From: Neophaeotheca triangularis
Taxonomy: Eukaryota
DNA: 64,000 nt
Reading direction: 5' to 3'
Assembly (NCBI GenBank): GCA_054600435.1
Contig: BAAIJX010000013.1
Location: forward strand, 186,001 to 250,000
This document shows positions 58,572 through 64,000 of the stretch, one piece after another. The number at the start of each line of letters is the position of its first letter. Position 1 is the stretch's first letter. The notes beneath the pieces were generated by a model. That model worked only from the letters and a program-made list of their open reading frames with translations, ran no database searches and was not told the DNA's origin. The position numbers and the translations under genes were made by a program.

Positions 58572-60458
58572 TCAACTAACAATCCACCAACACCCCCCAG
58601 CAGTAACCAGACAAAACAAAGCCGTCAAAATCCCCGCACCCGCCTTATCTCCCGTCGTGACCTCGGCCGGCGGCGGGCTCTGATTAGCCAAATCGCCATC
58701 CCCCTCCGTTCCAGCGGTAACATCACCCTCCGAAGTCCCACCAGTCTTGCTCGACTTGGGCCCCTCGCTCTTCTGAATCAGCAAACTCTGAATCACCTCC
58801 AACGCACTCATTTGTTCGCCGGGTCCCGCGAAACCGTCAAATTGCCCCGTCCACCACTTGTTGCCGCAGGTAGTGCCGTCATCGCCGCCCGAGCACGCTT
58901 TGGCCGCGGCTTGCGCGCTGGTCTGCAAGTACGGGTAGAGTTCGTCGTAGGTCCAGGGGGCGAGCTTGGTGGTGGCGGCCATCCAGCGCGCGAGGTAGGC
59001 CTTGAAACTGCGCTGGTCGTTGTTGCAGTAGGATGCGCCGTTGGGGTCGTTGCGCTCGCAGGCCACTTCGATCATGATGTCTGAGTTGGGGCCGGCGAAG
59101 AAGACTTTTTGCCGCTTGATGAGGCCTTCCATGCGCGTGCGCCATTTGGCTGCTTCGTCGCCTGAGGTCTGGAGGTAGAAGAGAGTGGTTAGCCAGATCT
59201 CGAGCAGTCCATCATGCGCGTGTGAGGGTTAATTTCGGCTTACCTGATTCCACATGACGGCAGCGCCATGGAGCAGGATGCCGTTGTTGTAGCTCCATTC
59301 CGTGTGTTCGATTTCCGTGCAGTTCGTCAACGAGTCCGTACCATCAAAGACTTGGTAGCCGTCGTTGATGAGACCGATCCCGTGGGTCCACTCCCAGACT
59401 TTATCCGCCCAATCGAAATATGTGTCGTTGCCAGAGTAAGCGCCCAGACGTGCCGCAATATTAAACAGACACCCCTGGCTGATGGTGTTCTTGTAGTTGT
59501 AGCCGCTGGAAGTCCGTTAGCCTACCGGACCCGACGACCCAGCCCTTGGCGCGAAGGGGGAGCGTACTTATTCCATGAAAAAATCTGCCATTTCAGTCCA
59601 CCGTCGCACGTCTCCGTATTCCAGCGCGGGATTTGCGAGTTGAAGACGCCCAGTGCCAACGTAAGCCACTGGGGTTGGTCGTCAGGTGGGTTGGGGAAGT
59701 TGGCCTCGGCGGCGGACATGGCTGCCATTCCCCAAAATCCCTGTTCATTGGTGGTTAGCTCTACACGCTTGAATGCTAACACCAGCGGCGAGCGCATCAG
59801 CTACGGGGCTTTGACTGCACATGCCTGATCATCGCTGCGAGCAGGTCAGCAGTGCACTTGCAACGCATGTATCTCATAGCGAAAACAGGGGCTTGACTTA
59901 CTTTCCCTCCGTCTTGGTTTGGTTGGGCGGCATGAAGTCCCTCGTAGGGCTCGCCTGATGGAGGAGTCCTTCCATCGTGACATCGTTATAAGTCGAGTCC
60001 TTGGTATAATACCTGCATCCATAGCCTTAGTACTGGTGATGTCGAGCTTGTTTCGGCCACTCATCATGCACTCGTCGCAAAGCGTCACTGTCTCGCGCCA
60101 GGGTTGAAAAGGCATACCAGTAGTCGATCAGTGCTCCCCACATGGCACCGCCTTGCGCACTGTCAGCGTGTATAGTTGAAAAGATGAACAAGACGACCTA
60201 CCTTCCCACCAGTAGTATGGATCTGGCAACAGGCCTGGAATGCCACCCGTTTCGTTGCCAGTGTACCATTGCATCATGCCATTTGCCACGGTACTCGCGG
60301 CACTTTTGATGGAGTCTTGAGGTATGGTAAGCGATGAATCTGGCTGGGGATGGTAGTGGTGGAGTTGGAGATGGCAGCTTACCGTCATCATTGATGTCGA
60401 GTTGTATTGAGAGGGCGTTGGTAAAGAAAAAGAAGGTGAGGAGGAAGATGCGATGCAT
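58572..60458 (-). CDS. GH76 alpha-1,6-mannanase (Dfg5/Dcw1-like), likely GPI-anchored
   Basis: Signal peptide, [48 protein letters not shown], hydrophobic tail; seven introns inferred. Confidence 0.93.
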
Positions 60459-61327
60459 TATTGCTAGGATCTATGGTGGGAATTGCAAGTGCTAGGTCGC
60501 GCGCAGCATGGCGAAGTTGCCTAGTCAGTAAGTAGGCGATGCGAAACGAGGGTTGGACCGAGATTCTCAGAGCGGCAGGTTGCAGCGACAAATTAAGGGT
60601 GATATAACTGAGCGAAGCAAGTTAGCTTCAAATGAAAAGGTAAGAAGTAGTGAGGTGAGGTGAGGTGTGAAATCGAAGACAGCCCAGCCCAGCCCGAGAG
60701 AGCTGGAGAGCATGACGGCGAGAGGGCAAGCAGACACTTACTCAGCCCCCCATGGGTGCGATGCCAGGGCACCTCCATGCATCCAATCAATCAATCCATG
60801 CTAAGGTAACCTAACCTAAACTACATAGGTACTTTTACTCGTACCTAGTGGAGGTACCTTAACCATGCTCATCACCAGAGCAAAGGTCATCATCATCCCC
60901 CGGGCCAGATGCAGACATGCAATGCAAATCAGCATGCCAATCAAAGACAGTTCAAGACACAGACACATACAAAACAACGTGACTTAGTCGTCGTAGTCGT
61001 CGTAGTCGTCGTGGTTAGAGCTTGCGCAAACAGACCCTCCACATAATAAGCCAAGCCCCTCCACGAGTCCCTCCTACCTACTAGTAGTCCTAGGACCGTT
61101 CGCATCGCTCCCCCATTATAATGACCCGTTATATGTAACTAAAAAAGGTTGTGGAGAAGTCCAACACCAAGCGAGACAAATCGAGACAAGCGAGACAAGC
61201 CAGCCGAACACCCTACCTCCTAAAAACTACGAGGTAGTAGTAGTACTATAGTAGTACTGTGCCAAAAGCGTCCACGCGGCTTAAACTCTACCTCCAACCC
61301 CGCCGAGCTTCATCTGAACAAGCGGCG

Positions 61328-61358
<31 letters not shown>

Positions 61359-61509
61359 GAGCAAGCAAGCCGTTCCCCGCACCTGCGAACGAAGCCACGC
61401 CACGCCACGCCACGCCACGCCACGCCACGCCACGCTTTTTCTTTCCCACCTGCACCTGCCCTTGCCCTCCCGAGGTCTTCTACTTGCTTGCTTACTTGCT
61501 TGCTTGCTT
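61328..61509. repeat. Simple-repeat cluster (GCAA)n, (GCCAC)n, (TTGC)n
   Basis: GCAA run 61328-61370, GCCAC run 61394-61435, TTGC run 61483-61509. Confidence 0.9.
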
Positions 61510-62074
61510 TCGCCCCGGGCTTGTTCGCCCAATCGAACTCTATCAAATGCCCGCGACTTGTCTTGTTCCCTTGGACGAGTCTAGGCCATTTTTTAAACAT
61601 ACCAAGCCGTCGCGGCTGCGAACCACTCGGGGAGGCTTATTACTGTTCGCCGTACTCTTGGCTTCGCTGGACTGGCGGCTCCTGTCACGTGCTGTTGCTT
61701 GCCATAAAGTACTTACGAACGTGCGAGTGGCCATATAGGTGAGCAGGATGTAATATAATGGTTTTGCTTTGCTTCGCCTGTCTACATCGGCGCGTAAGCG
61801 TGAGCGGAGTCAGGCATCATGCCTCCCGTACTGAAAACATACGTTCCTAGTATGCGAAGCGGGTGGCTTTTATGAGCACGAGTATTTTTTTGTTTTTGTT
61901 TTTTTGTGTGTAGAGCATGCACTGCAACCTGTGTCCATGTCGTGAAGCTCGTCGTCGCAGATTAATAAATGCCTTGCTCGCAAGACCCCAGTGCCCATTC
62001 AAATGAACCGACGCTGCCGTTGCAAAGCGCCGTTTTTTTCGACGTTTAAATGTCGCCTGTACTTGACCAACACT

Positions 62075-63034
62075 TCAGGCGTTGTGAGGCTCGGGCTCAC
62101 CGGTCCAGCACATCCATGCAACAATGACAAAGCACTTCAAAGCCACCGCAGTCCTAGATGTCGTTAGCATTGCTGGACGTGTACCGTCCCTTGTGAGAAA
62201 AACTCACCATAGCGCGCCAGCAATCCCCCAGCTGCTGTGAGACCATAGACCGCCCAGGATGGCACCAAACACAAGCAAAAGAGGAGCAGCGATACGCCTG
62301 TTGCGCTCAGGGTTCTTGGCAAAACCAGCCAACAACTTCGGGTCGCCGAACAAGTCGCAGTAGTTGGAAGTCAGCACGACACTGGTGAGTCCGCCATACT
62401 GCAAGACTCTGCTCATGACGGCCTGGCCAGCCGACTGGAAAGCCATGGCGCCGATGGGGATCAGAACCCAGGCGTCGACGTGGTCCTGCTTGCCAGAGTG
62501 GGGGCCAAAAGTCGTCATCAGCGCCGCCGCCAGGATCATCAGGTTCTGCAGCGTGTACGATGACACGATGACCCAGCGTTTGCGCGGCGAGAGCGTGCGG
62601 TGGTAGGCGCTGAAGAAGAGGCTTCCCAGGCAGAAGCAGCCGATGGAGACGCCGGAGCGGATCCAGCGTGTGCTGGCTCCTGGGTCGACGATGCCGAGGC
62701 CGACGTAGACGGTGTTGCCTGTGAAGTGTGAGTTTCGAGTGGCGGTGACTTGTAGTGTACAGGGTGCTTGCTCACCCGTCTGCATGGAGACGAAACTGCC
62801 CCAGATGAAAATGCTGCTGCTGTCGAGCAGACCGGTGATGATGTAGCAGAATAGAAGGGCAATGTCGCCCCATGTCTTGCTTACATTGCAGCCCAGGTGT
62901 TTAGAGCAGAGGGTTACAAACCCAGGGCTGTCTTCTGACTTGTTGCCGATGAGGGCAGCTCGTTCGGCATTGGAAGAGTTGTTAGGGTGGCCATTTCGCC
63001 CTTCTGCCGAGTTGACGGTGCCGTAGTTTGCCAT
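62075..63034 (-). CDS. DUF1275 (YoaK-like) membrane protein, candidate oxalate transporter
   Basis: TGLLD..FVSMQTG-NTV, MAFQSAGQ, TSVVLTS, NRR..GAILGG. Introns 62719-62775 and 62154-62207. Confidence 0.85.
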
Positions 63035-63398
63035 TGCGTTTGATCAAAGTAAGGAGGACTCAGACCTGGTGCGAAATCAGCAAAGCTAGCTCAAAAGTAG
63101 TGACAGCTGCGACCCGAACAGCAAGGCTTTGCGATATATGTGCAGTTGGGACGGGGGAGGATGTTGGCTGGAACTCTGCGCCAATGCTTGGTGGTGAGGA
63201 GTTGGAAGCCATGAATTGGAGGCGGGTATTGCGGACGCAAAGCTTGACGCGACCGCGTGTGCCGGGCGGGTACAAGGTCGTGCTCAAGCCGAGACAGCTA
63301 TATAACAAGGCGGGACTTGCAGAGGAACAAAGCCTTCTCGTTTGCCTTTTTCGATCGTCCTTTGACAATTTTGTGCCAAACGTCACAAATACCATAAT

Positions 63399-64000
63399 AT
63401 GAAGGGTTTGACCACTGCCGTTTTGGCGGCGACCGCGCTCGTCTCGTCCGTGACGGCCGCGCCATGGAAACAGAAGCCCATTGGAGCTCATTACGAGCAC
63501 CGCTTCTCGAGAGACGACCACAACCCCTACGACCGCAAGGTTGACACCGTCGGCACTGGCGAGCAGCCTCTGCCTATTGTGAGTAGTGTCGCCACCCAAT
63601 GGCTGCCGGCAGTAGCTACATCAGAGCTTCAACCCGCAGCAGTACAGAGCTTGCATGCTAACAACATGGCTAGCGCGGGGGTCAAGGCACAAGCATGCTG
63701 GGTCCTCGCAACAAGGACAGGGAGAGGCAGAACCCCGACTTGGTCAGGCCACCGAGCACCGACTCCGGCATCATGAAGAACATGCGATGGTTCGTGGCGT
63801 TTCTTCTGCTTGGTGGTGTACAGAGCTGACTTTCATCTGCAGGAGCTTCGCAGACTCCCACATTCGTCTAGGAGAGAACTCCTGGACTCGCCAGACCACT
63901 TTGCGTGAGCTGCCGTCTTCCGAGCAAATCGCCGGAGTTAACATGCGTCTCGACGAGGGCGTTATTCGCGAGCTCCACTGGCACAAGGAAGCCGAGTGGG
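63399..64000 (+). CDS. oxdC: Secreted oxalate decarboxylase (bicupin), 3' end outside window
   Basis: After introns 63579-63673 and 63790-63842: LGPRNKDRERQNPDLVRPPSTDSG..MRWSFADSH..AGVNMRLDEGVIRELHWHKEAEW; signal peptide. Confidence 0.93.

Overview
Gene-dense fungal (ascomycete) nuclear DNA with short GT-AG introns and CTRAC/CTAAY branch points. By inference from gene style it is a Dothideomycete. It carries about 30 protein-coding genes, mostly housekeeping: mitochondrial IF2, Rna14, UNC-50, Spt10, a Nab3-like RRM protein, Pth4, Vps71, a Yvc1-like channel, Atg4, Sqs1, Kel3, ClpP and a GH76. There are also a tannase, a FAD-monooxygenase/FSH1-hydrolase pair and a divergent DUF1275 transporter/oxalate decarboxylase pair. 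The standout, invisible to the ORF track, is at 28319-28547: a complete tRNA-Ser(UGA) cloverleaf split into four exons. It is interrupted by one canonical anticodon-loop intron and two 60-nt spliceosomal-type GT-AG introns, one in the D-loop and one at the T-stem/T-loop junction. All gene calls come from motif recognition by eye; no database search was run.
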